From an uncultured Verrucomicrobiae bacterium (GTDB lineage Bacteria > Verrucomicrobiota > Verrucomicrobiia > Chthoniobacterales > UBA10450), in contig CAWFGO010000003.1 in assembly GCA_963815455.1 (NCBI GenBank), positions 320,001 to 384,000 on the forward strand: a DNA stretch of 64,000 nucleotides, read 5' to 3'. The stretch's first letter is position 1. Every line of letters begins with the position of its first letter. Below the pieces are notes generated by a model. The model worked only from the letters and a program-made list of their open reading frames with translations. It was not told the origin of the DNA and did not search any database. Made by a program: the position numbers and the translations under genes. Shown piece after piece: positions 21,429 through 30,775 of the stretch.

Positions 21429-23084
21429 TTAGGGCAGCCCGGTGCCGATGTTCGATTTAACGATCGCGGTGTCGGTGGCGTTGATGACGGCGTTGGCGTT
21501 CACATCCGAGCGGAAATTGCTCCCATCGATCGCCTGACCGATGCGCGATTTGGTCTGCGAAACGTCCGCTGAGTTCACCACACCGTTGGCATTGGTGTCC
21601 CCAACGAGAACGTTCATCGAAATCATGACGTTGCCACTGGATGGACTGTCACTCACGGAATTTAGCATAACGTTGACTGTCTGCGCGTTGCCCACATTTG
21701 TGAGCGGCAGGGTCACACTGTTTCCGCTGACCGTCACCATGCCGCCATTGCCGACTCCTCCAGTGCCAACAGTCGCAGTCCCCGAAATGACTTGAGCCTG
21801 GGGATTTCCGGCAACGGTCACGGGCGCGCTAAAAGTCACGACAATTTGATAATCGTTCGTTGCGCCGCCGTTTCGGCATTCGATCCCCGGCGTCCCGCCC
21901 GGCGCCAGATCGATATCGAAATCGCCTAACGGGCCGTGGGTTTTCCGGGAAACGACGCTGGCCGGCGTCGGACCCACCGGAACCATTGCATACGCATGTG
22001 TCTCGCCATTGCGAACACCGGTGCCGACAATGATTCCGTTGTCACTGATGCCGAGCGCCGACGATGAAGTGTTCATCGACAAGTCCCAGCCCGAGCCGCC
22101 GGGGATAAGATCGGCAAGGCGATAAGTCATCGACCCGTCGTATAGAAAAGGAATCGAAAATGCGGAAGAATCGTTGCCCACTGCCCAACCGGCCGAGTTC
22201 ACGGCCCGAGCGGATCCCTGGCTCGTGCCTGAAGCGAGCGGAATCGCGACGATGCCGCCGGCATCCGACCAGATGAACGGTAAGCCCGAGCCCTGATTCA
22301 GCATGCTCGAACCAACCACGTGACCGCCGTTGCCCACGCCAAAAGCAAGCGCGCCGTTCATTCCGGGCAGCGCGCCGACTTCGAAAGCCATGCTGTCGCC
22401 GATATTGTAAACGATCCCCACGTTCCGAGCGGCGTTGTTTGGATCGATGCCTTGTCCGACGATCCGGCCGGAATCATTGATTCCGAACGCGGTAAGAAAG
22501 TAACATCCGATCGACGTTGTCTGGGTAATGAAGGTGCCGTTGCCACCGCTGTAAATTACACCGCGCTGCAAACTCCCGGCGTTGGCCGAGCCGACCGCAA
22601 CGCCCGAGGCGTTTACATGGTTCGCGTCGCCCAGCGTTTGACCGGAAGGAAGAGGCAGCTGCGAAACCACCCCGTTCTGCCAAACGACCGGTAACCGGCC
22701 CGAGCCGAACGCGGTGGTCGAACCGGCGCCCACGACGAGACCGTTGTCATTGGCACTATTGGAAACGCAGTAGCTGCGCCCAGCCAGATTCGGCAGGCCG
22801 GCGATGCCGCCGCCGAGGGTCCAGCTGAAAGCCTGGGTCGCGTTGGTCCTGAACGAACGGCCAACCGCAATTCCACCCGGCGAGACACCAAAACCCTGCG
22901 AAGCGCTGTCACCAGTCTGAACGACGCCGATGTCGTAAATCTGATATTGCGGCGGCACGGCGAACGCGTTTGAAAATCCGCCAAAGCACACGACCACCAA
23001 AAAAACGCCGCCCCGCAAGGCAAACACATCAAGTAAGGCAACGAGATTAGAGATAACGGATTGATCAGCGGATTTCGTTTTCAT
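21429..23084 (-). CDS. Secreted protein with HAF-like extracellular repeats and C-terminal dockerin-like domain
   Basis: Signal peptide; repeats such as AFGINDSGRIVG, ARAVNSAGWAVG, ALGISDNGIIVG, HAYAM; tail SVVSRKTHG...GDTNANGVVNSADV...RSDVNANAVINATD. Confidence 0.8.
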   Translation of the reverse strand: MKTKSADQSVISNLVALLDVFALRGGVFLVVVCFGGFSNAFAVPPQYQIYDIGVVQTGDSASQGFGVSPGGIAVGRSFRTNATQAFSWTLGGGIAGLPNLAGRSYCVSNSANDNGLVVGAGSTTAFGSGRLPVVWQNGVVSQLPLPSGQTLGDANHVNASGVAVGSANAGSLQRGVIYSGGNGTFITQTTSIGCYFLTAFGINDSGRIVGQGIDPNNAARNVGIVYNIGDSMAFEVGALPGMNGALAFGVGNGGHVVGSSMLNQGSGLPFIWSDAGGIVAIPLASGTSQGSARAVNSAGWAVGNDSSAFSIPFLYDGSMTYRLADLIPGGSGWDLSMNTSSSALGISDNGIIVGTGVRNGETHAYAMVPVGPTPASVVSRKTHGPLGDFDIDLAPGGTPGIECRNGGATNDYQIVVTFSAPVTVAGNPQAQVISGTATVGTGGVGNGGMVTVSGNSVTLPLTNVGNAQTVNVMLNSVSDSPSSGNVMISMNVLVGDTNANGVVNSADVSQTKSRIGQAIDGSNFRSDVNANAVINATDTAIVKSNIGTGLP

Positions 23085-23244
23085 TGGTGGAGTTCGATCT
23101 GGTTGGACACAGCTCGGAAGTGAGAGGGCTCAACGTCGAAAGATATAGCCTGGAAAAGAACCTGACAATGCTTGATAGCGCTTGGCCGCAGCAGGTTTTG
23201 CGGCCGACTGCGCCTCTGCGCACGCGATCTGCTTTTAGGAGGGC

Positions 23245-23504
23245 ATGCTGGAACGAATTCTCAGAATTTCGGTCGTCGTCTTAGTCGGCTGTTTTCTTCT
23301 GCCGGGTTGCGGGAACCTGACCCACAGCGGCCGCCAACGGATCGCTTATCAACGCTACGTTAAAAAGAGCATGAAAAATCGCGAGCGATGGCGGAAGAAA
23401 ATTGCGAAACAGCGCACCGGGTCCCGAAACACAAACCGTCGGACTACTCGGTTAGCACCGGCACGGCCGATGGGCCGCAGTCGGTTGCCTCGGGGGATCA
23501 ATAG
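23245..23504 (+). CDS. Small hypothetical lipoprotein (frameshift near 3' end)
   Basis: MLERILRISVVVLVGCFLLPGC lipobox, basic helix YQRYVKK; reconstructed end GPQSVASGDQ*. Confidence 0.55.
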
Positions 23505-23513
23505 ACAGGCTCC

Positions 23514-23900
23514 TCAGGCCGGTTCGCGTTTTACCGGGACGGGTTTCCCGGTGCCATCGACAGCGACATAAATAAAGACGCCGTGGGTCACGCGCAATTG
23601 CTGGCCGGTCATGTAGCGGGTCACCCACACTTCGACCGGAATCGTCATCGACGTCCGCCCAATTTTTTCGACCCAGGCATAAACCGCGACCGTGTCCCCT
23701 ACCCGCACCGGTTGAAGAAACGACATTCCTTCCATGGCCACGGTCACAACGCGCGTCTGCGCAGTTTTCGATGCCAGAATGCCGCTGCCCAAATCCATTT
23801 GCGACATCAACCAGCCGCCAAAGATGTCGCCGTTCGGATTTGTGTCCTTGGGCATCGCGATCGTCTGGATGACCAATTCGCCTTTGGGTTGATCGGGCAT
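23514..23900 (-). CDS. yciA: Acyl-CoA thioesterase (YciA, hotdog fold)
   Basis: AMPKDTNPNGDIFGGWLMSQMD, FLQPVRVGD, IGRTSM. Confidence 0.9.
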   Translation of the reverse strand: MPDQPKGELVIQTIAMPKDTNPNGDIFGGWLMSQMDLGSGILASKTAQTRVVTVAMEGMSFLQPVRVGDTVAVYAWVEKIGRTSMTIPVEVWVTRYMTGQQLRVTHGVFIYVAVDGTGKPVPVKREPA

Positions 23901-23917
23901 GGCTATTAATCTAGTCC

Positions 23918-24012
23918 GTCATCCCGAGCGAAGTCGAGGGATCCGGTGGCATTACTTCACGGTAGCATCGCGGGATCCTTCGACCCCGAAGGTTTTCGGG
24001 GCTCAGGATGAC
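23918..24012. repeat. GTCATCC..GGATGAC-type long palindromic element
   Basis: GTCATCCCGAGCGAAGTCGAGGGATCC ... GGATCCTTCGA[CCCCGAAGGTTTTCGGGG]CTCAGGATGAC. Confidence 0.85.
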
Positions 24013-24020
24013 AACGTGCG

Positions 24021-25001
24021 CTACAAAATCAGCATGCAATCGCCGTAGCTGAAAAAACGATATCGCTCCCGGATCGCTTCGGCATAGGCCCGAAGAATAA
24101 ATTCGCGCCCGGCGAAAGCGCTCACCAGCATGAGCAGAGTCGAGCGCGGCAGATGAAAATTCGTTAGGAGAAGATCGACATGCTGGAACCGGTAGGGCGG
24201 ATAAATGAAGATGTCGGTCGAGCCGGTTTGGGCAATCAACTTGCCATTTTCGCGCCGGGCTGATTCCAAAACGCGCACCACCGTTGTTCCCACCGCCAGG
24301 ACGCGTTTCCCGTTGTCGATCTTCGCCGCGGCCGAAGCCGAAATCGAAAAGTGTTCGGCGTGCATGCGATGCTCGGCCACGTTTTCCGAGCGCACCGGCA
24401 AGAACGTTCCCGTTCCGACATGGAGTGTGACGAACGTGTGGGCAATTTCCGCCAAAATTTCCGGGGTGAAGTGAAGACCCGCGGTCGGGGCGGCCAGCGC
24501 GCCGGGCGTCTGCGCAAAAACGGTTTGGTAACGCGCAGTGTCATCGGCGTCGCTTTCGCGCCCGATATATGGCGGCAACGGCATCGATCCGCCGGCGTAA
24601 GGATCGACATCGTCATCGAGCGACACGATCCGATCGCCCTCCGGCGTGATTTCTTCAACGCGCACCGTCGCATTGTCGATCATGGCAATCGCGCCGATAC
24701 GCATTTTGCGTCCCGGTTTCACCAGACATTTCCAGCGAGCCGGCCCGAGTTTTTCGAGGAACAAAAATTCAATCGTCCCATCGGTCGAAAAGCGCCGGGC
24801 CGGCAACACGCGAGTATCGTTCAGGACCGCCAGGTGGCCGGGCGCCAGAAGTTCTTTCAGTTCGCGGAATTGTCGATGCTCGATTGCCCGCGTGTCGCGA
24901 CGCAGGACCATCAGCCGGGAATCTTCGCGGCGCCCGGGCGGCCTCTGCGCGATCAATTCCCGCGGCAGATCGTAATCATAATCGCTCAACCGGGCGCTCA
25001 T
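24021..25001 (-). CDS. queA: SAM:tRNA ribosyltransferase-isomerase
   Basis: YDLPRELIAQ, LPPYI, YQTVFA, AAPTAGLHF, VGTT, TNFHLPRSTL, YRFFSYGDCM. Confidence 0.97.
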   Translation of the reverse strand: MSARLSDYDYDLPRELIAQRPPGRREDSRLMVLRRDTRAIEHRQFRELKELLAPGHLAVLNDTRVLPARRFSTDGTIEFLFLEKLGPARWKCLVKPGRKMRIGAIAMIDNATVRVEEITPEGDRIVSLDDDVDPYAGGSMPLPPYIGRESDADDTARYQTVFAQTPGALAAPTAGLHFTPEILAEIAHTFVTLHVGTGTFLPVRSENVAEHRMHAEHFSISASAAAKIDNGKRVLAVGTTVVRVLESARRENGKLIAQTGSTDIFIYPPYRFQHVDLLLTNFHLPRSTLLMLVSAFAGREFILRAYAEAIRERYRFFSYGDCMLIL

Positions 25002-25056
25002 TGTTGCATCATTAAAGAATTTGCAGCCGCACGCAAAATTTGGATGATCGACTCAG

Positions 25057-25839
25057 ATGCAAGAACCGGCTCTCGATCTCGTCATTGCGGCCTTGAAGAA
25101 GATCCGCGAAACGAGCGACCGGCTGCCGCGGGCGTCGAGAAGTGCGCTTTCTGGTTTGCAGTTCGTTGAGCCGGCAATTGGCGCGACATCAGCGCCCCAG
25201 ACGACAACCGCCCCAAATGCAGCGGACAAATCATCGTTACTTGAGCCGATTCGGGAACGGGTTCGCGTCTGCACCAACTGTTCCCATCTCGCCTGCTCCC
25301 GGACCCAGACTGTTTTCGGCGTCGGCAATCCGGACGCGGACTTGATGTTCGTCGGAGAAGCTCCCGGCGCGGATGAAGATCGACAGGGCGAACCATTCGT
25401 CGGACGCGCGGGACAATTGTTAACCAAGATTATCAAGGCAATGGGTTTTGCTCGCGAAGATGTTTACATCGCGAACATCCTCAAATGCCGGCCCGACATG
25501 CCGGCCGGCTCGTTTGGGAACCGCGCGCCGACGCCGAAGGAGATGGAGACCTGCCGGCCATATCTTGTCGAGCAGATCGACGTGATTCAGCCGAAAGTTG
25601 TCGTCGCGCTCGGCGCGGTGGCGGTGGAAGGATTGCTCGGAACGCGCGGGACAATGCGGGATTTGCGCGGTCGCTGGCATTCTTACAATGATACGCCGTT
25701 GATGATCACCTATCATCCGGCCTATCTGTTGCGAAATCAGAGCCCATCGGAGAAGCGCAAGGTTTGGGAAGACATGCTTCTGGTGCTGGAAAAGCTGGAG
25801 CGACCGATCACCGAGAAGCAGCGCAATTATTTTCGGTAA
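25057..25839 (+). CDS. Uracil-DNA glycosylase, family 4
   Basis: CTNC, FVGEAPGADED, PFVGRAGQLL, NILKCRP, YHPAYLLR. Confidence 0.93.
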   Translation: MQEPALDLVIAALKKIRETSDRLPRASRSALSGLQFVEPAIGATSAPQTTTAPNAADKSSLLEPIRERVRVCTNCSHLACSRTQTVFGVGNPDADLMFVGEAPGADEDRQGEPFVGRAGQLLTKIIKAMGFAREDVYIANILKCRPDMPAGSFGNRAPTPKEMETCRPYLVEQIDVIQPKVVVALGAVAVEGLLGTRGTMRDLRGRWHSYNDTPLMITYHPAYLLRNQSPSEKRKVWEDMLLVLEKLERPITEKQRNYFR

Positions 25840-25845
25840 CGTATT

Positions 25846-26829
25846 CTAGATCTTGGCCCGCTTGAAAATCGCGTCGATTTTCTTGCGCGAAGCGAGAGTG
25901 ATGGCAAGCGACACAATCATCCCGTGCACTTCGCGGCGCGGGACTTTTAGATTGCGGGTTAGCGCAGTCGAACCGGCGTCGCGCAAAAGGGAAAGTGTGC
26001 GCGTTCCGATCAATGCCGGAAGAGCCGTCGCCGCACGTACACGGCAATTGCGAATTGCGCGCGCATATTGCATCCCCGACTCAAGACCGCGGCCGGCCTT
26101 TCCGATCCATTTCCGGTAAATCGGCTGGAAACGCCCGGGCTGGCGCAGGATTTGCCCGGGAGTCATGCACGCCGCCGCCAATTCCTCTTCGGGAAAATAA
26201 GATCGTCCGGCTCGCAGATCGGACCCGGCATCGCGCAAAATGTTTATCAATTGCAATCCCATTCCGTATTGCTTGCCGAGCACCAGCATTTTCGCCTCGC
26301 TCATGGTGGCGAACTTTCGAATGTGCCTGAAGCAAAGCCGTGTCCAAAATTCGCCTACGCAGCCGGCAACGAGATAGGTGTATTTATCGAGATCGGCCGC
26401 GGTGGCGAGCGCGCGAATTCCGTGCGGCTTGTCGAACCATTGCAAGTCGAGCATCTGACCTTGCGTGATTTTGCCGAGCACGTCGCGAACGTCGTTGCGA
26501 TCCTCAGCTTCCAATCGCTCGAGACTATCCAGGCAATCCGGCAGTGATTCGATCAGTTTTCGTTCGGCGGTATTTTTCTGCAACGGTGCAAACGCCGCGA
26601 CAAGATCGACAATGGCATCCCGTGCCGCCTGGCCCTGAATCATGTTCGACAAATCCTGCAGAGTGGTCACCCGCAGTTTTCTCTCGATTTGTGCCGTATC
26701 GGCCACCGTGTCGGTGGCGCGGGCCAGCGAATACGCCAGCGCCACAGGTTCGCGCAATCGCGCGGGCAAAATGCGGATGGAAAGATAAAAAGAGCGCGAA
26801 ACGGCGCGCAGAATTTTATCGGCCGACAT
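25846..26829 (-). CDS. Squalene/phytoene synthase family protein
   Basis: VSRSFYLSI, ARATDTVAD, YTYLVAGCVGEFWT, GLQLINILRD. Confidence 0.9.
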   Translation of the reverse strand: MSADKILRAVSRSFYLSIRILPARLREPVALAYSLARATDTVADTAQIERKLRVTTLQDLSNMIQGQAARDAIVDLVAAFAPLQKNTAERKLIESLPDCLDSLERLEAEDRNDVRDVLGKITQGQMLDLQWFDKPHGIRALATAADLDKYTYLVAGCVGEFWTRLCFRHIRKFATMSEAKMLVLGKQYGMGLQLINILRDAGSDLRAGRSYFPEEELAAACMTPGQILRQPGRFQPIYRKWIGKAGRGLESGMQYARAIRNCRVRAATALPALIGTRTLSLLRDAGSTALTRNLKVPRREVHGMIVSLAITLASRKKIDAIFKRAKI

Positions 26830-27901
26830 TTTTGATCTCGATCCGATTCGACGACGCATTGCCCAGGCCAATGTCCGCGGCGGCTTTCACGTAATCGGCG
26901 GTGTGACCGATGGAGGGCAGACTGGCGCGCAACCGCCATTCCTCCAATTGCCGCAACGTCACGGCATCGATGGCCACCGGGTCCTTGCTCGCGTAAAGCG
27001 TGGCGTGATGCACCGCCCAGTTCGGTTGCGATTCCGGCCCGCCGGCATATTGAGCGACCAAGCCATCCATCAAATTAAGCACGACTTTTTTTCCGATCAG
27101 CGGATTGCTGTAAATCTCGGCCAGGCTTTCCCGGCCGAAGCCGGTGGGTTGGGTGAACCGGCGCCAGTTGTCGATGTTCGGCAGGGTCATGTTGTAAATG
27201 CAACCGGCGATGCCGTTGGTTTCGCTGCTGGTCATGACCGGCACGTTGATAACCTTGGTCACTTCGGTGGATAAAATGCGCGCAAGATGGCTGACGTTGC
27301 TCGTGTTCTCGATATCGGAGAGGCCGGCCAATTTCCCCGTGTTGGCCCGGTAATCGAAATCGCCCCATACCAGTTTCCCGATCAACGGCGCCGAGATCGT
27401 TGCTTTCGGATCGTAGCCATCTCGGGGCGGGACTGCTCTTAGCTGATATCCATCGGCCCGGCTGTAGCCGGCATCCTTGATTCCGCCAAGGGAACGGTCC
27501 CACACGACAATGCTGCTGCGCGGATGTCCGGCAGCGACCAGACCTTCGACAATCGCGTTCACCACATCGTGATGCGTGGTGAAAAGCTCGCCACCGGCTG
27601 CGCAAATCTTTATTCCAATCTTGTCTTCCGGCGAAACCAACGATGCCCAGGCCTTGGCGATATCGGATTCGTGGGTAACCGCCAGCACGAGCCGGTTGAC
27701 CATCGCGCGAACGGCTCGCGCGTTTGTTTCGTAATCCTTGATCGCGTCCGGGTTGTGGACCGTATACACGACGGACGGAGTGGGACTTGGCGGCGGGGTG
27801 GAATCCTGGGCGAGCCCGCAGGAGATGGCGCAGAACCAAACAAGAGCTACGTTTCGGATCGACAAGGTGACCACGAACTTATGAGCGGGCGCGCGAATCA
27901 C
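26816..27901 (-). CDS. DUF362-like secreted protein
   Basis: Signal peptide, KIGIKI, IVVWDR, KVINVPV, MDGLVAQYAGGP, SKDPVAIDA; start uncertain. Confidence 0.75.
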   Translation of the reverse strand: MIRAPAHKFVVTLSIRNVALVWFCAISCGLAQDSTPPPSPTPSVVYTVHNPDAIKDYETNARAVRAMVNRLVLAVTHESDIAKAWASLVSPEDKIGIKICAAGGELFTTHHDVVNAIVEGLVAAGHPRSSIVVWDRSLGGIKDAGYSRADGYQLRAVPPRDGYDPKATISAPLIGKLVWGDFDYRANTGKLAGLSDIENTSNVSHLARILSTEVTKVINVPVMTSSETNGIAGCIYNMTLPNIDNWRRFTQPTGFGRESLAEIYSNPLIGKKVVLNLMDGLVAQYAGGPESQPNWAVHHATLYASKDPVAIDAVTLRQLEEWRLRASLPSIGHTADYVKAAADIGLGNASSNRIEIKNVGR

Positions 27902-27928
27902 AACTGGATCAACGAATCAGGGAAACTC

Positions 27929-27988
27929 TGTAGGGCGTTCCTGTGAAACGCCAACCAAATGGGTGGCGTCTGGCACAGACGCCCTACA
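27929..27988. repeat. GTAG REP doublet (REPIN-like)
   Basis: TGTAGGGCGTTCCTGTGAAACGCC ... GGCGTCTGGCACAGACGCCCTACA. Confidence 0.85.
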
Positions 27989-28009
27989 ATTGTTCCAGGC
28001 AATGATGAC

Positions 28010-29098
28010 ATGATCCGGCACCTCTACGTTCACATTCCGTTTTGCGCGCGCATCTGCCCTTACTGCGCTTTCTACAAGGATCTGCTCGATCGTTCCCAAA
28101 CCGGGCGGTTCTGCGAGGCCATCTTGCAGGAACTCAAATGCCAGGAACATCTCCGTCCATCGACAATTTATTTCGGCGGCGGAACCCCGACCGCGCTCAC
28201 GACTTCACAATTGGAATTTTTGCTCGGGGGCTTTCGCGAAATTCTTGATCTCTCGGTGTTGGTGGAATGGACCACCGAAGCAAATCCCGGGAGCGTTTCC
28301 GCGCACAAGGCCGCGGTGTTGCGCAAGCTCGGCGTGAATCGAATCAGCCTCGGCGTGCAATCGTGGGACGAAAATTTGCTCAAAGTCCTCGGGCGCGAAC
28401 ATAACGGGCCGCAGGCCGAGCAATCCTTCCGGATCCTGCGCGACGCCGGCTTTTCGAACATCAATATCGATCTCATGTTCGGGTTACCCGGCCAGACCAT
28501 CGAGCAATGGCGAACCACCCTCGAAAAAACGGTCGCCCTTCAGCCCGAGCACATTTCCGCCTACTGCCTCACTTACGAGGAGGACACGGAATTCTTCCTG
28601 CGACATGCCCGCGGCGAGTTCCGGCAGGACTCCGACGCCGATGCCGAATTTTTCGAGATGACGATGTCGATCCTGCAAGATGCCGGCTACGAGCACTACG
28701 AAATCTCGAATTACGCGCGACCCGGTTTCGCTTCGGCCCATAACCAGGCTTACTGGTCGGGCGAAGATTATTTGGGAATCGGCCCGAGCGCATTTTCCAC
28801 GCATGGCATGGAGCGATGGCAGAATATCTGCGATTATCGAGAATATGCCGATCGCGTTTTATCCGGGAAAGCGGCGATTGGATCGACCGAGAATCTGACC
28901 AGCGAAATGAAACGGGCCGAGCGAATCGCGCTCTTGCTACGCACCCGAAACGGCATTTCCGCAACGGAATTGCAAGGGGGCGCACTACAAACGGACGAGT
29001 TTCTCGCTCTGGGATTGATCCAAATATCCAACGGCAATGTCGTGCTGACACAAAAAGGAAAATGTCTCGCCGATTCCGTCACCGAACCGCTCCAGTAA
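28010..29098 (+). CDS. hemW: Radical SAM heme chaperone HemW
   Basis: LYVHIPFCARICPYCAF, YFGGGTP, EANP, RISLGVQS, YEISNYA, HNQAYW. Confidence 0.93.
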   Translation: MIRHLYVHIPFCARICPYCAFYKDLLDRSQTGRFCEAILQELKCQEHLRPSTIYFGGGTPTALTTSQLEFLLGGFREILDLSVLVEWTTEANPGSVSAHKAAVLRKLGVNRISLGVQSWDENLLKVLGREHNGPQAEQSFRILRDAGFSNINIDLMFGLPGQTIEQWRTTLEKTVALQPEHISAYCLTYEEDTEFFLRHARGEFRQDSDADAEFFEMTMSILQDAGYEHYEISNYARPGFASAHNQAYWSGEDYLGIGPSAFSTHGMERWQNICDYREYADRVLSGKAAIGSTENLTSEMKRAERIALLLRTRNGISATELQGGALQTDEFLALGLIQISNGNVVLTQKGKCLADSVTEPLQ

Positions 29099-29136
29099 AT
29101 CTCCCAAACGTCTCTCGATTTTCAGATAAAATTCAA

Positions 29137-29174
29137 GTGCGATATTTTATTGCACGTGCAACAAAATATTGCAC
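29137..29174. repeat. 38-bp AT-rich quasi-palindrome, left boundary of the PaaX-like cassette
   Basis: GTGCGATATTTTATTGCAC|GTGCAACAAAATATTGCAC, 17/19 arm complementarity. Confidence 0.9.
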
Positions 29175-29194
29175 GACGGAGAACTGGTCCCACC

Positions 29195-29980
29195 CTAACC
29201 GAGTCGAAAAGTGCGAAGCTGCCGCCCAGCTTTTCCCAGCCCTTTCACCCGTTCTTTCCATGCCTTCTGCCCTAGGTAGCCAGCCGGCAACAAACAGGAC
29301 GGCAGTAACGGGTCAATCGTAAACCCCGCCATCCAGGCCTCGCGTTCGGCCCTCCCCCAACGCAACAACGCTTTTGCCGCCCCTTCGCCAACCAATGCGC
29401 CGTCCGGACGTGTCGCCAAGATTTTCAGGTATTGATCATAGCGGCGATTGATACGTTCGAAGTCCCAACCGCCGGCAACAATTTGCGCATCCGATTCGCC
29501 CGCACATGGCCGTGCTTCCATAACGACCAGCGATTCCACGTCAATGCTGGCACCACCGAAAATGCCCCGTTCCTCATCCAATGGATCAGGGGTGATCCAA
29601 ACGCTGTGTTGCAAACAACCAAAACCCTTCCCTCGCAAATACCGCCTGAGCTGCTCACGCTGGACGTTGTGCTTTGTCGGTACGTCAAAGAGCACCACCC
29701 GCCACTTTCCATCCCAGGACCGGGCCCACCGTTCCATAGGATCGCGTCCGCCCAAAACATGCACGCGCCCCTGCGCGCTCAATCGATACAAGCGGTCCTT
29801 CCTGGAACCGCCTCGTCGGTCCAGGAATTTTTCTCTCTCCAAAGCCGCGAGCTGTCGCATGAAGCCGTTGCGATAGGCCCAGCTTTCGAAAGAATCCGTT
29901 ACGCTACGAAAGCCAGGACGCATCAGCTGATCCGCGGTCCAGAGAAGATGGTACAAAAACTCCTCCGTTTTAGGGTGCAT
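29195..29980 (-). CDS. PaaX-like protein (wHTH-like N-terminus, Cas2-like centre, PaaX C-terminal domain)
   Basis: YRLSAQG, WDGKWRVVLFDVP, LRRYLRGKGFGCLQHSVWITP, WDFERIN, DPLLPSCLLPAGYLG. Confidence 0.85.
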   Translation of the reverse strand: MHPKTEEFLYHLLWTADQLMRPGFRSVTDSFESWAYRNGFMRQLAALEREKFLDRRGGSRKDRLYRLSAQGRVHVLGGRDPMERWARSWDGKWRVVLFDVPTKHNVQREQLRRYLRGKGFGCLQHSVWITPDPLDEERGIFGGASIDVESLVVMEARPCAGESDAQIVAGGWDFERINRRYDQYLKILATRPDGALVGEGAAKALLRWGRAEREAWMAGFTIDPLLPSCLLPAGYLGQKAWKERVKGLGKAGRQLRTFRLG

Positions 29981-30007
29981 GTCTCAGTGGTTTATAGCGA
30001 GAAGAGA

Positions 30008-30045
30008 TTGCAACTTTTTGTTGCACATGCAATAAAATTACGACC
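30008..30045. repeat. Inverted partner palindrome, right boundary of the PaaX-like cassette
   Basis: TTGCAACTTTTTGTTGCACATGCAATAAAAT; its reverse complement matches the 29144-29173 core at 27/30 nt. Confidence 0.9.
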
Positions 30046-30060
30046 ACGATTGCAGACGGG

Positions 30061-30774
30061 TTACTCCACGGCGCCGTAGCGGCGTTGTCTTCGTCCGTAT
30101 TCTTCCACGGCGGCGAGCAAATCCTTTTTGGTGAAATCGGGCCAGAGCTTCGCCGTTACGTACATTTCGGTGTAGGAAAGCTGCCAGAGAAGAAAATTCG
30201 ACAGACGCATTTCGCCCGAGGTGCGGATGAGCAAGTCGGGATCGGGATAGTACCGCGTGTAAAGATGTTTGCTGAACATCTCGACGTCGATCATTCCTTT
30301 GTCGATATGACCGAGCTCGATGGCGCGCAGCAGACTCTTGATGCCATCGATAATCTCGAGCCGCCCGCCATAGCTGAGCGCAAGAACCAAGGTGAGTCCG
30401 GTATTCTTTGACGTTTGCTCGATCGTCTTGTGAAGTTGTTCCTGGCAACTCTTGGGAAGATCTGTCAATCGACCGATCGCCTGGAGACGAACGTTTTTGT
30501 CGAGTAATTCCGGCGTTTTCTCCTTCAGGAATTTTTCAAGCAGCCGCATCAGGGCGAACACTTCGCTCTTCGGCCGGCTCCAATTTTCGGCGGAGAAGGC
30601 GTAGAGCGTCAGGTATTCGATCTTCAATTCGCCACAACCTTCCACGCATTCGCGGACGGCCTGGGCGCCTTGTTCGTGGCCCTTGATTCGGGGCAGGCCG
30701 CGGCCCTTGGCCCATCGGCCGTTGCCGTCCATGATGATGGCGACATGACGGGGAACCGACTTGAGCGGAGCCAT
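30061..30774 (-). CDS. uppS: Undecaprenyl diphosphate synthase
   Basis: PRHVAIIMDGNGRWA, LYAFSAENWSRP, DLLIRTSGEMRLSNFLLWQ, RRYG. Confidence 0.97.
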   Translation of the reverse strand: MAPLKSVPRHVAIIMDGNGRWAKGRGLPRIKGHEQGAQAVRECVEGCGELKIEYLTLYAFSAENWSRPKSEVFALMRLLEKFLKEKTPELLDKNVRLQAIGRLTDLPKSCQEQLHKTIEQTSKNTGLTLVLALSYGGRLEIIDGIKSLLRAIELGHIDKGMIDVEMFSKHLYTRYYPDPDLLIRTSGEMRLSNFLLWQLSYTEMYVTAKLWPDFTKKDLLAAVEEYGRRQRRYGAVE

Positions 30775-30775
30775 G

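Noticed and set aside
29195..29980. CRISPR-Cas locus or phenylacetate catabolism regulator
   Set aside because: No array, cas1 or paa genes in the window; only two sites rather than a repeat-spacer series.
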